Assembly: GCA_017465345.1 (NCBI GenBank)
Contig: JAFTWI010000083.1
Coordinates: 1 to 61,711 of the forward strand
Length of the DNA stretch: 61,711 nucleotides
Reading direction: 5' to 3'
Source: Oscillospiraceae bacterium
Lineage (GTDB): Bacteria > Bacillota > Clostridia > Oscillospirales > Ruminococcaceae
Positions 1 to 9,087 of the stretch are shown here, piece after piece; the stretch's first letter is position 1; each line of letters opens with the position of its first letter. The position numbers were made by a program, and so were the translations under genes. The notes beneath the pieces are model-generated. The model was not told the DNA's origin. It did not search any database and worked only from the letters and a program-made list of their open reading frames with translations.

Positions 1-25
1 AATAGTTGCTGTAACTAAATTTTAA

Positions 26-54
26 TTGACATTCTGTGCAATAAGAGGTATAAT
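26..54 (+). promoter_or_regulatory. sigma-A type promoter of the terY-like operon
   Basis: TTGACA at 26-31, 17-nt spacer, TATAAT at 49-54. First ORF starts at 113. Confidence 0.7.
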
Positions 55-112
55 TTTATTATGTTAAAATGAGCAAATTATATCTTTTTAAATAGAAAGG
101 CAGGGCAATATT

Positions 113-754
113 ATGTCAGAATTTTCAAGACGACTTCCCGTATATCTCCTCCTTGACGTTTCAGGTTCAATGGCAGGCGACCCTATCGAAGCAGTAAAGC
201 ACGGTGTACGTGCGCTTATCTCCGAGCTCAGAGGTGACCCTCAGGCTCTTGAAACAGCGTACCTCTCCGTTATCACATTCAACTCCAGCGCAAGACAGGT
301 TACTCCGCTTACCGAGCTTATGCTCTTCAAGGAGCCAACTCTCACAGCAGGCGGTGCAACAGCTCTCGGTGCAGCTTTACAGCTTCTCAACGAGTGCATC
401 CGCTCCGAAGTAAGAAAGTCAACTGAAACTCAGAAGGGTGACTGGCGTCCTCTCGTGTTTATTCTTACAGACGGTGCACCAACTGACGAATGGCGTGAAG
501 CGGCTGCAATGCTTAAGAGCACAAAGCCTGCAAATATCATCGCTTGTGCCGCAGGTGCATACGCTGATACAAAGGTGCTGAAGGAAATCACAGACTGTGT
601 GCTTATGATGAACACACTTTCAGCAGGTGACCTTGCACAGTTCTTTGCGTGGGTTTCCAGCTCTGTAAAAATGTCTTCCAAGAGCCTTGACTCCAAGCCA
701 GGTGCAAATATTGAGCTTCCACCACCACCACAAGGCTTCGTAATTGTTCCGTAA
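113..754 (+). CDS. TerY-like von Willebrand factor A (vWA) domain protein
   Basis: 213 aa. MIDAS DxSxS motif (DVSGSM) near the N-terminus, then ITFNS and LTDGAPTD. First gene of a vWA-PP2C-kinase triad. Confidence 0.85.
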   Translation: MSEFSRRLPVYLLLDVSGSMAGDPIEAVKHGVRALISELRGDPQALETAYLSVITFNSSARQVTPLTELMLFKEPTLTAGGATALGAALQLLNECIRSEVRKSTETQKGDWRPLVFILTDGAPTDEWREAAAMLKSTKPANIIACAAGAYADTKVLKEITDCVLMMNTLSAGDLAQFFAWVSSSVKMSSKSLDSKPGANIELPPPPQGFVIVP

Positions 755-766
755 TCGGAGGTAACA

Positions 767-1966
767 ATGGAAAATAACATTAACAAGCTTTCGGATAATG
801 ACGTTACTGCCCATACAGCTGCAATGTGGAAATACAATCCTGTGCCCGAAAGTCCCGAGCCGTATCCCGAAGCAAGCTGCTCATCAGCAGATGAAAACGG
901 ATTTGAGGTTTTGGCTGCAGCAGTGCGTGGTAAAAAGCACAAGCACGATGGTACAAACTGCGATGACAACTACGCTTTTGAAATCCTTGATGATACGGTT
1001 GTTGCAGCCGTTTCCGACGGAGCAGGTTCAAAGCTGTTTTCGAGAATCGGCGCCAAAGCAGCTTGTGAGGCAGTTGTGAAATACTTCAAGGCACGTCTTT
1101 CAGCTATAAAGCGTGACAATCCGAACTATCTTGAAATATTGAGTCTGCCCCTTGACAATGCTGATTTCGGTGCACTCTGTTCTCAGATTGCGGCAATGCT
1201 CCGTGACAGCTATGCGGAGGCTTTTGCTGCAGTTGAGGCAGCATACGAAAAGAGGAAGGACTACCCCGAATTCGAGGAAGCCGCAGGCAGAAAGCCTGAG
1301 CTTAAAGACTTTTCCTGCACGCTTCTTGCGTCAGTTGTTATCCCTGTTGAAACAGCAAATGGCAGGGAATACCTTACCGCTTCCATTCAGCTTGGTGACG
1401 GTATGATTGCGGCAGTTGATGAAAAGGCTGAAAATCCGCTTATACTCCTCGGCACAGCTGACGGAGGAAGCTTTGCAGGGGAAACGGAATTCCTCACCTC
1501 CGAAGCCTTCAGAAGCACGGAAAGTCTTATGAGCCGTACAAAAATCCGCAGGGGGAAGCTGTCCTTCCTTATGCTTATGACGGACGGCGTTGCGGATGAT
1601 TATTATCCTAACAATCCTCAGCTTCTTCGCCTTGCGCTTGATTTAAAGCTGAACAACATACTTGATATAGCTGAGCCAGAGCTTATTACGGACGTTACTG
1701 TACCTCAGCCTGTGGAGTATCCTTGGGTAAATGACGGTGACGTGAAATACTCTTTGCAGTACGCAAAAAATGTCCTTGCCGAAGCAGATATGACTCTTGA
1801 GCAGCTGTGGGCTGACAAGCACGCACAGAAAAAGGCTTCCCTTGCTTCCTTTGATATTGTTTATGATAAGGACAAGGCTGAAATGCTGAAAATTTGGCTT
1901 GACAATTATGTTGAAAGAGGTTCTTTCGATGACAGAACATTGCTGATTATAAATACTAACACATAA
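767..1966 (+). CDS. PP2C-family Ser/Thr protein phosphatase
   Basis: 399 aa. PP2C metal-binding motifs AVSDGAGS, LMLMTDGVADD and C-terminal GSFDDRTLLII. GGAGG RBS 12 nt after the previous stop. Confidence 0.85.
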   Translation: MENNINKLSDNDVTAHTAAMWKYNPVPESPEPYPEASCSSADENGFEVLAAAVRGKKHKHDGTNCDDNYAFEILDDTVVAAVSDGAGSKLFSRIGAKAACEAVVKYFKARLSAIKRDNPNYLEILSLPLDNADFGALCSQIAAMLRDSYAEAFAAVEAAYEKRKDYPEFEEAAGRKPELKDFSCTLLASVVIPVETANGREYLTASIQLGDGMIAAVDEKAENPLILLGTADGGSFAGETEFLTSEAFRSTESLMSRTKIRRGKLSFLMLMTDGVADDYYPNNPQLLRLALDLKLNNILDIAEPELITDVTVPQPVEYPWVNDGDVKYSLQYAKNVLAEADMTLEQLWADKHAQKKASLASFDIVYDKDKAEMLKIWLDNYVERGSFDDRTLLIINTNT

Positions 1967-1982
1967 ATTTCGGAGGTTTCCT

Positions 1983-3452
1983 ATGAGCAGAATGGGTGAA
2001 GCGACCCTTGCCGACGGAAGAAAAATCCCGTATGTAATTACTGACAATCCTCCCCGCGGAGGAATGAAATACACATATTTTGCACCCGATAAATCCTACG
2101 TTGTGCAGTTCTTCAACGAGCCGAATAAAATCGACCGTAATATGGCTGCACGCCTTGAGGCTATAATCGGACGCTATAATCCGACTATTCCCGAGTCAAA
2201 GGGAGGAGCAATCGGTAACGATGAGAAGCTGGCAAGCTATTTTGCAGGACGCTTCTGTTGGCCTACCGACCTTGTTGTTGCACCTGAATTCGGTATAGTT
2301 TCACCAGCTTACCCGAAAAGCTTTTTCTTTGAGGAGGGCGCTTCTCAGTTCCTTGAATTGAAAGGCAAGGACAAGAAAAGCAACTGGTTTACGTCCAGTA
2401 ACCGCCGCTTTCTCAATAAAAATGAGCTTGGTGACTTCCGTTCGATGATACAGATGTCACTTTTGCTGGCACGTTCAATACGCAGACTCCATCAGGCAGG
2501 TCTTGCACATTCAGATTTATCCAACAACAACGTTCTTATCGACCCGAAAACAGGAAACTGCGTTGTTATTGATATTGACACGCTGGTTGTGCCCGGACTT
2601 TTTCCGCCTGAGGTAGCAGGAACAAGAGGCTATATTGCTCCTGAGGTTCTATCAACAATGGAGCTTGACAGAAGTGACCCAAGAAGAATGATACCAAGCT
2701 CTGTAACGGATTTGCACGCTCTTTCAGTGTTGATTTACGAGTATCTTTTCTGTCGTCACCCTCTTATGGGTCCTAAAATTTACTCTACTGAATCTGCTGA
2801 GCGTGATGATTATCTCGGATTGGGACCTATGGCTACATTCATAGAAAATCCCGACGATACTTCCAATCGTCCATCAGCATTGAAAACAACCATAAAGGAC
2901 TTGGGACCCGTAATGGAAAACCTGTTCCTGCGTGCGTTTGTGGACGGTCTGCACAACCCTGCGCTCCGTCCTTCGGCAATGGAATGGGAGCGTGGTCTTG
3001 TTAAGACATGGGATTTGCTTCATAAGTGTTCAAACCCCGCTTGTGATAAGAAGTGGTTTGTGCTTTATGATGTGAATAATCCAGTTTGTCCGTTCTGCGG
3101 AACACAGATTGCAGATAAAAATATCGTACGTTTTGAGTTAAACTCAGAGGTAAGAGGTCATGACGGCGAGTGGAGAAGCTTTTCCGAGCTTGATGTGGTA
3201 AACAACACACCGCTGTTCAAATGGCATTTCTACAGCAATGTTTTTGCAGACGAAAAGGCTGATAAAACCTTGCAGGCTTATGTGTGCTGTCATAACGGCG
3301 AATGGTTCCTTATAAATCGAAATGCAGAAGGGTTGCTTTCACCGCAGGGAAATCCTGTTCCTGCAGGTCAGGCAATACGCCTTACAGACGGAACAATCTT
3401 CCGAGGTTCACGAAATGAACGAGGATTGTTAATCAAAGTTAGAATTATATAA
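1983..3452 (+). CDS. Hanks-type Ser/Thr protein kinase with C-terminal zinc ribbon and FHA-like domain
   Basis: 489 aa. Catalytic loop HSDLSNNNVLID, DID in place of DFG, GYIAPEV (APE motif). CxxC...CxxC ribbon (CSNPACDKK...CPFCGTQ). The C-terminal ~120 aa follow an FHA-like pattern (GEWFLINRNAEGLLSPQGNPVPAGQAIRLTDGTIF). Confidence 0.8.
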   Translation: MSRMGEATLADGRKIPYVITDNPPRGGMKYTYFAPDKSYVVQFFNEPNKIDRNMAARLEAIIGRYNPTIPESKGGAIGNDEKLASYFAGRFCWPTDLVVAPEFGIVSPAYPKSFFFEEGASQFLELKGKDKKSNWFTSSNRRFLNKNELGDFRSMIQMSLLLARSIRRLHQAGLAHSDLSNNNVLIDPKTGNCVVIDIDTLVVPGLFPPEVAGTRGYIAPEVLSTMELDRSDPRRMIPSSVTDLHALSVLIYEYLFCRHPLMGPKIYSTESAERDDYLGLGPMATFIENPDDTSNRPSALKTTIKDLGPVMENLFLRAFVDGLHNPALRPSAMEWERGLVKTWDLLHKCSNPACDKKWFVLYDVNNPVCPFCGTQIADKNIVRFELNSEVRGHDGEWRSFSELDVVNNTPLFKWHFYSNVFADEKADKTLQAYVCCHNGEWFLINRNAEGLLSPQGNPVPAGQAIRLTDGTIFRGSRNERGLLIKVRII

Positions 3453-3479
3453 TTTCCTGAAAAGAGAGGAATATGGTTT

Positions 3480-5507
3480 ATGTCTTTATCCGGTCTTTCT
3501 GAGCGTGAAGCGGAGGCTTCAAGACAGAAATACGGCTTTAATGAGCGAAAAAGCAATATAAAATTCGGTGACAGCCTTATTATGGGAATAATGTCACTAA
3601 GCTGCAAGCTTTTTGTTATTGCAGGAATGCTGAAAATTGTTCTGCTGCTTCTCGGATTGCTTGAAGCGGTTGAACCTGTCACTGATGTGTGGAGCATAGT
3701 GATACCTTTCTGTCTTGCAGTGTTGTGTGCTTTTCTTGAAGCAATGCTCCGATTTGCTTCCGAAAAGAAAACGGAGCAAGTGTGCAAGAACGCACATCAA
3801 AGCGAGTATATTGTGCTCAGAGGGGTGAAATCTGAACGTATTAACGAGAGAATGCTTACCGTGGGAGATGTTGTGTATCTTTCCGAGGGCGACATTGTTC
3901 CTGCCGACGGAATTGTTGCGGACGGGCAGTTTACAGTTGACCAGTCTGAATTTGGCATGCTTGAAAAAATCGAAAAAACAACTCCGCCTTCAACCTTCAG
4001 AAGCAGTAAGTCTGTCGGATTGAAAAGTGCTTATAGCCTGTACAAAGGATCTGTCATTGTGAAAGGCAGCGGTGCAATGAGAATTACTGCAGTGGGGAAT
4101 TCGGTTTTCAATGCTGAAAATGAACAGGCTGCAGAAAAGGTACATTGCGAAAAATTCAGCGGCTTGATTCAGACAGGCTATGTAACGGGAGTAGTGTGCG
4201 CTGTTGCAGTATTGACTGTATGTGTAGTGTTCGCTGGAATTTCAAAGCAGCTTGTGAATGGTATATTTGAAGGACTTTCAGCTGCGGCGGCAGTGCTGGC
4301 TATAAGCTGTCTGTGTGTAAAGAATATTGAGGTTGAAGCTGTTGCAGCGAAAATATTGAAGAAGCTTGAGTCAATTGGAGTCGTGGCTTCAAAGCCTGAT
4401 ATCCTCAACGATATGCAGAATACGGATATTCTGTTTGCAGACAAAACAGGAGTGCTGACGGAAGGAAAGTACATTGTAAATGGGTTTATCGACGGTACAG
4501 GAAATCAGATTGATAAGCTTGATGATGTGGACGAGAAAATTATCGGAATTATAAAAGCGGCGGCAGTAAATACTTCTTCTGCTCAGCTTGAAAATGACGG
4601 CACAGTTTATGGCGGAACTGCTTCTGACAGGGCAATTCTGAATTTTGTAAAAAAAGCTTCAGGTAAGGTGAAAGTGAAAAAACAGACTGAGGTTGAAAAA
4701 GGTGGAATACACGGTGCTACAGTCAACCTTGACAGCAAGCTTGTAACTTTTTTCAGCGGAAGTGCAGAGGTTATTCTGAACAGATGCTCTGACAGCTTTT
4801 CAGCCGACGGTAAAAAACGTAAAATTACCAATAAGGACGCATTGATAAAGCTTGCGGCAACTATTTCCCTTACAGGAAATGATGTGGTAGCTTTTGCGGT
4901 GTGTGACAATGTAATAAAAAATGAGAAGCTTCCTATAGGTGCATATACGCTTATAGGAATGGTAGTGCTTCACGATAAGGTCTGCGACGAAGCGGCAAAT
5001 GCGCTGCAGGAACTGGAGAAAAATAAAATAAAAACAGTTTTTATGACTTCTGCAAGCCGTGAGACAATGATTTATACTTTGAAGAAAACAGCAAAACGAA
5101 ATAAAGGTGTAATTCTCAGTTCGGAGCAGCTGGCGAAAATGGATGATAGCGAGCTGAAAAAAAGATTTTCTGAAATTAAGGCTATCGTCAATGCAGACAG
5201 CACCGATAAGCTTCGTATGCTCAGAGCAGCTTCCGAACAGGGCATGAAAACCTGTATGATGAGTGCAGATTATGCTGATATCCACGTGCTTGATGAAACA
5301 GATTCGGTTGTTGCTTCGTGTGGATGTTCATCAGCGGTAAAAGCAGTTTCAGACGCTTCCGCAGAAGTATGCGGAATAAGTGCGGCAGCAGCATTGCGAT
5401 CATATTCGCTGAAATTTACAGCTTTATGCAAGGCTGTTGTTGCGGCAAGAATTTTCTTCACTGTATGTATAGCGATAATGGCAGTTATTTCAGTTTTAGG
5501 GTGGTGA
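3480..5507 (+). CDS. Degenerate P-type ATPase homologue (type II-like scaffold, probably not a pump)
   Basis: 675 aa. Has a Cation_ATPase_N-like start (GLSEREAEASRQKYGFNE), an actuator-domain pattern (GDVVYLSEGDIVPADG) and the phospho-Asp motif ADKTGVLTEGKY. TGES is FGML, PEGLP is SCLCV, KGAPE is SGSAE, TGD is TSA, GDGxND is SADYAD. Only one hydrophobic segment follows the P domain. Confidence 0.8.
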   Translation: MSLSGLSEREAEASRQKYGFNERKSNIKFGDSLIMGIMSLSCKLFVIAGMLKIVLLLLGLLEAVEPVTDVWSIVIPFCLAVLCAFLEAMLRFASEKKTEQVCKNAHQSEYIVLRGVKSERINERMLTVGDVVYLSEGDIVPADGIVADGQFTVDQSEFGMLEKIEKTTPPSTFRSSKSVGLKSAYSLYKGSVIVKGSGAMRITAVGNSVFNAENEQAAEKVHCEKFSGLIQTGYVTGVVCAVAVLTVCVVFAGISKQLVNGIFEGLSAAAAVLAISCLCVKNIEVEAVAAKILKKLESIGVVASKPDILNDMQNTDILFADKTGVLTEGKYIVNGFIDGTGNQIDKLDDVDEKIIGIIKAAAVNTSSAQLENDGTVYGGTASDRAILNFVKKASGKVKVKKQTEVEKGGIHGATVNLDSKLVTFFSGSAEVILNRCSDSFSADGKKRKITNKDALIKLAATISLTGNDVVAFAVCDNVIKNEKLPIGAYTLIGMVVLHDKVCDEAANALQELEKNKIKTVFMTSASRETMIYTLKKTAKRNKGVILSSEQLAKMDDSELKKRFSEIKAIVNADSTDKLRMLRAASEQGMKTCMMSADYADIHVLDETDSVVASCGCSSAVKAVSDASAEVCGISAAAALRSYSLKFTALCKAVVAARIFFTVCIAIMAVISVLGW

Positions 5508-5511
5508 TTTT

Positions 5512-6804
5512 TTGAACAGCAAGGATATCATGCATATGCTTGATAATCCCGATGACTCAGGCAGAGTTAATCTTCCGAAGGGTGAGTATGAAGGAAAATT
5601 TATCGTGCGTAAAAGCTGTAAGATAAACGGAAACGGAGCACTTTTGTGGAACAATTCAGGCCCTGTGTTGGTTGTCGATGCAGAGAATGTAGAGCTGGAT
5701 AATCTTAAAATTGAACTGACAAACAGTAATCTCTCTCCTGAGCAATATATTTCTGTGTATTGCCGTTATGGAGATACGAAATTTACAGATGTTGAAGTAA
5801 ACGGCACTGTTCTTGGAATAAAGGACGAGGAACAGTTCTGGGGTGTTCCGAGGGTAGTGGATATAGGTACTTTTGAGGCTGAAAAGACCCATGCTTATAT
5901 TATAGAGATTTATTCTCCTGTTGAAGCTGAAATAAGCTGTAATTTCCACGATGTTACACTTTCTGTCGATACGCTTGTTCAAGGCTACAATACGATTACC
6001 GTTAATATTGGAAAAATCAGAAGCGGTTCAATGCTTTACGGAAATATTATAATCAAATCGTTGGTTGAAAGACGAATTATTCTCTGCGGTACAGCAGGTG
6101 ATAAAAACACACTTGATGAGGGTACAGTTCTTTTTGCAGTGAACAGAGAAGCTCCTGTGCAATATTCGGAAATGCTGAAAAATCTTGACCTTGTCCAGCT
6201 TGCTACTATGCCTGAGCCTGAACCAGAAACAATTGAAATTCAGCAGGAAGAGCCTGAGGAAACATCGGAGGAGCTTGACGAAGAAAATGTGCTTATAGCT
6301 CCGGGGAAAAGGCTGCCTATTGCACCCAAACAGTATAAAATTGAGTTGGTGGGTGAGCCTGACATCAAAATGGATATCGATGCATATCTTTTTATGCTTG
6401 ACAACAGAGGAAGGGTCAGCGCTGATAAACGTATGATATTCTTCGGAAATGACCATTCCGAGTGCGGAAGTGTAACCTATCTGAATGCACCCGATAAAAG
6501 AGTTATGTATATAGATTTCCGCAGAATACCAGGCGACGTAAATATGATGACATTGCTGTTCTCAATTTACGGAAAAAATCCTACCCATTTGTTTGACAAG
6601 CTCAGAAACGGAGATGTAAGCATACTTTGTGAAAACGGAGTGCATATGCATTTGCCGCTGCCCGGAAATATTCATTGCAAAACTCTCCTTGCAGTTGCAT
6701 TTGAGTGTACCGATGGAATATGGGAGATGATACCATCGGGAAAGGGTATCACAATGCCGCTTGAAGATATCTGTAAAAGCTACGGCGTAACAATCGTGTC
6801 ATAA
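5512..6804 (+). CDS. TerD-fold domain protein with N-terminal beta-rich module and acidic linker
   Basis: 430 aa, TTG start (alternative ATG at 5530). The C-terminal ~170 aa match the TerD pattern (DIDAYLFMLDNRGRV..MIFFGN..CGSV...MTLLFSIYG...CKSYG). The central linker is PEPEPETIEIQQEEPEETSEELDEEN. Confidence 0.7.
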   Translation: MNSKDIMHMLDNPDDSGRVNLPKGEYEGKFIVRKSCKINGNGALLWNNSGPVLVVDAENVELDNLKIELTNSNLSPEQYISVYCRYGDTKFTDVEVNGTVLGIKDEEQFWGVPRVVDIGTFEAEKTHAYIIEIYSPVEAEISCNFHDVTLSVDTLVQGYNTITVNIGKIRSGSMLYGNIIIKSLVERRIILCGTAGDKNTLDEGTVLFAVNREAPVQYSEMLKNLDLVQLATMPEPEPETIEIQQEEPEETSEELDEENVLIAPGKRLPIAPKQYKIELVGEPDIKMDIDAYLFMLDNRGRVSADKRMIFFGNDHSECGSVTYLNAPDKRVMYIDFRRIPGDVNMMTLLFSIYGKNPTHLFDKLRNGDVSILCENGVHMHLPLPGNIHCKTLLAVAFECTDGIWEMIPSGKGITMPLEDICKSYGVTIVS

Positions 6805-6818
6805 GGAGAAAATGGTAA

Positions 6819-7442
6819 ATGAATTTTGATGAATTAATAGAAAAACGACGCAGTATAAGAAAATTTCTTAATGACAGCGTCGATGAAAATCAGATTGAAG
6901 AGCTTATCCGTGCGGCAGCAACAGCCCCAAGCGGCTGTAACAGTCAGTGCTGGAAATTTGTCGCAGTGAAAAGTCCAGATAAAATAAAGGCTTTGGCAGA
7001 AGCTGTGGAGAAGGGTGTGCATCGTTTTTACAACGGTTGCGAGGAAAACTTCGTTGCTTCAAGAGTTAAGCAGACAACATTCTTCCGAAATGCACCACTT
7101 GTTATTCTCGTGTATCTTACTGAAATGAAATACCACGACCCAAGGGTTACCGATTATTACTCCTCAAAGGGGTATGGTTCAGCTGAAATGCTTTCAGCAT
7201 TAGGAAATCCTGATATTCTTTCAATCGGGGCAGCTGTTGAAAATCTGCTGTTAAAGGCTGAAGAAATGGGACTCGGTGCTTGCTGGATGAATGACCCTGT
7301 GGTTGCAGAAAAGGAAATAAATGAACTTTTCGGAGCTGCGGAAAATCACAGACTGATGAGCGTTATTCCCGTGGGGAAGCCAGCTTATACACCAAGAGAA
7401 AAGAGTGTTAAGCCTTTGGCTGAGATAATGGAAATAGTATAA
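6819..7442 (+). CDS. Nitroreductase family protein
   Basis: 207 aa. RRSIRKF and APSGCNSQCWKFV signatures. AAGGAG RBS 14 nt after the previous stop. Confidence 0.85.
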   Translation: MNFDELIEKRRSIRKFLNDSVDENQIEELIRAAATAPSGCNSQCWKFVAVKSPDKIKALAEAVEKGVHRFYNGCEENFVASRVKQTTFFRNAPLVILVYLTEMKYHDPRVTDYYSSKGYGSAEMLSALGNPDILSIGAAVENLLLKAEEMGLGACWMNDPVVAEKEINELFGAAENHRLMSVIPVGKPAYTPREKSVKPLAEIMEIV

Positions 7443-7446
7443 AAAT

Positions 7447-7472
7447 ACGGCACTTCTTTAATGAAGTGCCGT
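7447..7472. terminator. Bidirectional hairpin terminator between the convergent nitroreductase and metA genes
   Basis: ACGGCACTTC / GAAGTGCCGT 10-bp stem with a 6-nt loop, flanked by A-run and T-rich sequence. Confidence 0.7.
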
Positions 7473-7478
7473 TGCTGT

Positions 7479-8405
7479 TTATATAATGGCTTCAAGCTCG
7501 TTGAGGTTGAATGGTGTTTTCTGATATACGCAGTAGTTGAGCCAGTTTGAGAAAAGCAGATTTGCGTGTGCACGCCAGTTGAAGTGAGGTGGCTGTGACG
7601 GGTCATCGTAAGGGAAGTAGTGCTTCGGTACATCAATCGGCAGCCCCTTATCCTTGTCACGAAAATACTCGTTTGCAAGGGTAAAGCGGTCGTATTCAAA
7701 ATGACCTAACACAAAAAACTGTCTTTCGGTTTCGTCAGCAATAATGTTTACACCTGACTCATGTGAAGCGGCAAGAATATGCAGCTGCTTAACCTTCTCC
7801 ACGTCCATGCGCTTGATTTCGGTGTGACGCGAATGAGGTACATTGAACTTTTCGTCAAAGCCTCTGAGAAGCGGGTGATTTGCAACCTCTGCCTTATGTG
7901 GGAATACGCCGAACATTTTGGCGGAAAGGTCATATTTCGGCACTCCGTAATGATAGTAAAGCCCAGCCTGTGCACCCCAGCAGATGTGGAGAGTGGAGCA
8001 GACATTTTTCTTTGACCATTCCATAATGCCGCAAAGCTCTTTCCAGTAGTCAACGTCCTCAAAAGGAATTTGCTCAACAGGTGCACCTGTTATAATCAAA
8101 CCGTCAAAACGCTGTTCCTTGACATCGTCAAAGGTTTTATAGAACTTTGTCAGGTGCTCAATCGGAGTGTTCTTTGTAACATGGCTTGCCATCTGGATAA
8201 GCTCAATATCAACCTGAAGCGGAGTATTTGAAAGCAGACGGAGAATTTGAGTTTCCGTTTCGATTTTCTTCGGCATCAGGTTGACTATTGCAATGCGAAG
8301 CGGACGTATATCCTGATGAGACGCCGCAGTATCGGTCATTACAAATATATTTTCGTTATTGAGCACTGCATAGGCAGGCAGATTATTGGGAATATTGATA
8401 GGCAT
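7479..8405 (-). CDS. metA: Homoserine O-acyltransferase (MetA family)
   Basis: 308 aa. Canonical MetA N-terminus [11 protein letters not shown]...ENIFVM and full-length family pattern. Confidence 0.9.
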   Translation of the reverse strand: MPINIPNNLPAYAVLNNENIFVMTDTAASHQDIRPLRIAIVNLMPKKIETETQILRLLSNTPLQVDIELIQMASHVTKNTPIEHLTKFYKTFDDVKEQRFDGLIITGAPVEQIPFEDVDYWKELCGIMEWSKKNVCSTLHICWGAQAGLYYHYGVPKYDLSAKMFGVFPHKAEVANHPLLRGFDEKFNVPHSRHTEIKRMDVEKVKQLHILAASHESGVNIIADETERQFFVLGHFEYDRFTLANEYFRDKDKGLPIDVPKHYFPYDDPSQPPHFNWRAHANLLFSNWLNYCVYQKTPFNLNELEAII

Positions 8406-8428
8406 TTTATGTAAACTCCTTTGATAGA

Positions 8429-8956
8429 TTATTCTGCTGATGAGGGTGAAGCCTCTGTTGTTGTTTCGGGGACGAATTTTGTGGGAGCAGTATCGGCAGG
8501 TGCAGTCTGAATATGAATTTTGTCCATTTCAGGCAGTTCCATCGTAAATGACGGCGTTGCCGTAACAGTTTCATCCGTGTCTGTTGTTTCTTCAGGAACA
8601 GCAGTAGTAACAGCTACAGGCGCAATATCAGGCCGTGAAGCCTTTTCTGGGAGCATTGCAGAATCAATCTGCAGCTTGTCCATAGGCGGAATGTCAATAT
8701 GCGCAGCACTGCCCATACCCCCGTGCACATTTCCGTCGGGAGGAAGATGATAATAATATACGTCAGTGCCGGTAGTTGTAAGCGGAGTGTAAGTCTCCAT
8801 ATATTCGCTGTAGGTGTCGATAGGAACTTCCGTAACAGTGGTTACAACAGTAAGCGGAGAGTCAACCATGTAAACATATTCCGCAACATTTTCCTTATCT
8901 TCACAACCGCTGAGAAAAAGCACTGAAAGAATAATAAATAAGAAATATTTTTTCAT
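8429..8956 (-). CDS. Lipoprotein, unknown function
   Basis: The likely start [18 protein letters not shown] has a lipobox. The mature part is T/P/E-rich. Confidence 0.6.
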   Translation of the reverse strand: MKKYFLFIILSVLFLSGCEDKENVAEYVYMVDSPLTVVTTVTEVPIDTYSEYMETYTPLTTTGTDVYYYHLPPDGNVHGGMGSAAHIDIPPMDKLQIDSAMLPEKASRPDIAPVAVTTAVPEETTDTDETVTATPSFTMELPEMDKIHIQTAPADTAPTKFVPETTTEASPSSAE

Positions 8957-9020
8957 AATATCAATATTGTACCACATATTCTTCCCATTTTCAAGTGCAT
9001 TTTTCTACAACAGGTTATCA

Positions 9021-9049
9021 TTGACAGTAAGGGGCATTTGTGGTATACT
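9021..9049 (+). promoter_or_regulatory. Promoter upstream of manA
   Basis: TTGACA 9021-9026, 17-nt spacer ending in TGG (extended -10), TATACT 9044-9049. Confidence 0.65.
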
Positions 9050-9087
9050 GTAAGTTGGATTTTAATGATTTTTTTGGAGGTATTATT

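Noticed and set aside
430-969. Long antisense or out-of-frame ORFs in the six-frame track that lie inside well-supported genes. Examples: 430..969-, 10115..10780-, 11686..12513-, 13632..14324-, 28977..29636-, 30074..30727-, 31710..32384-, 45866..46594-, 47646..48140-.
   Set aside because: Each is fully nested opposite or out of frame to a gene with clear family motifs. None has an RBS or recognisable motifs. Their Cys/Arg/Ser-rich or low-complexity translations are typical of shadow ORFs.
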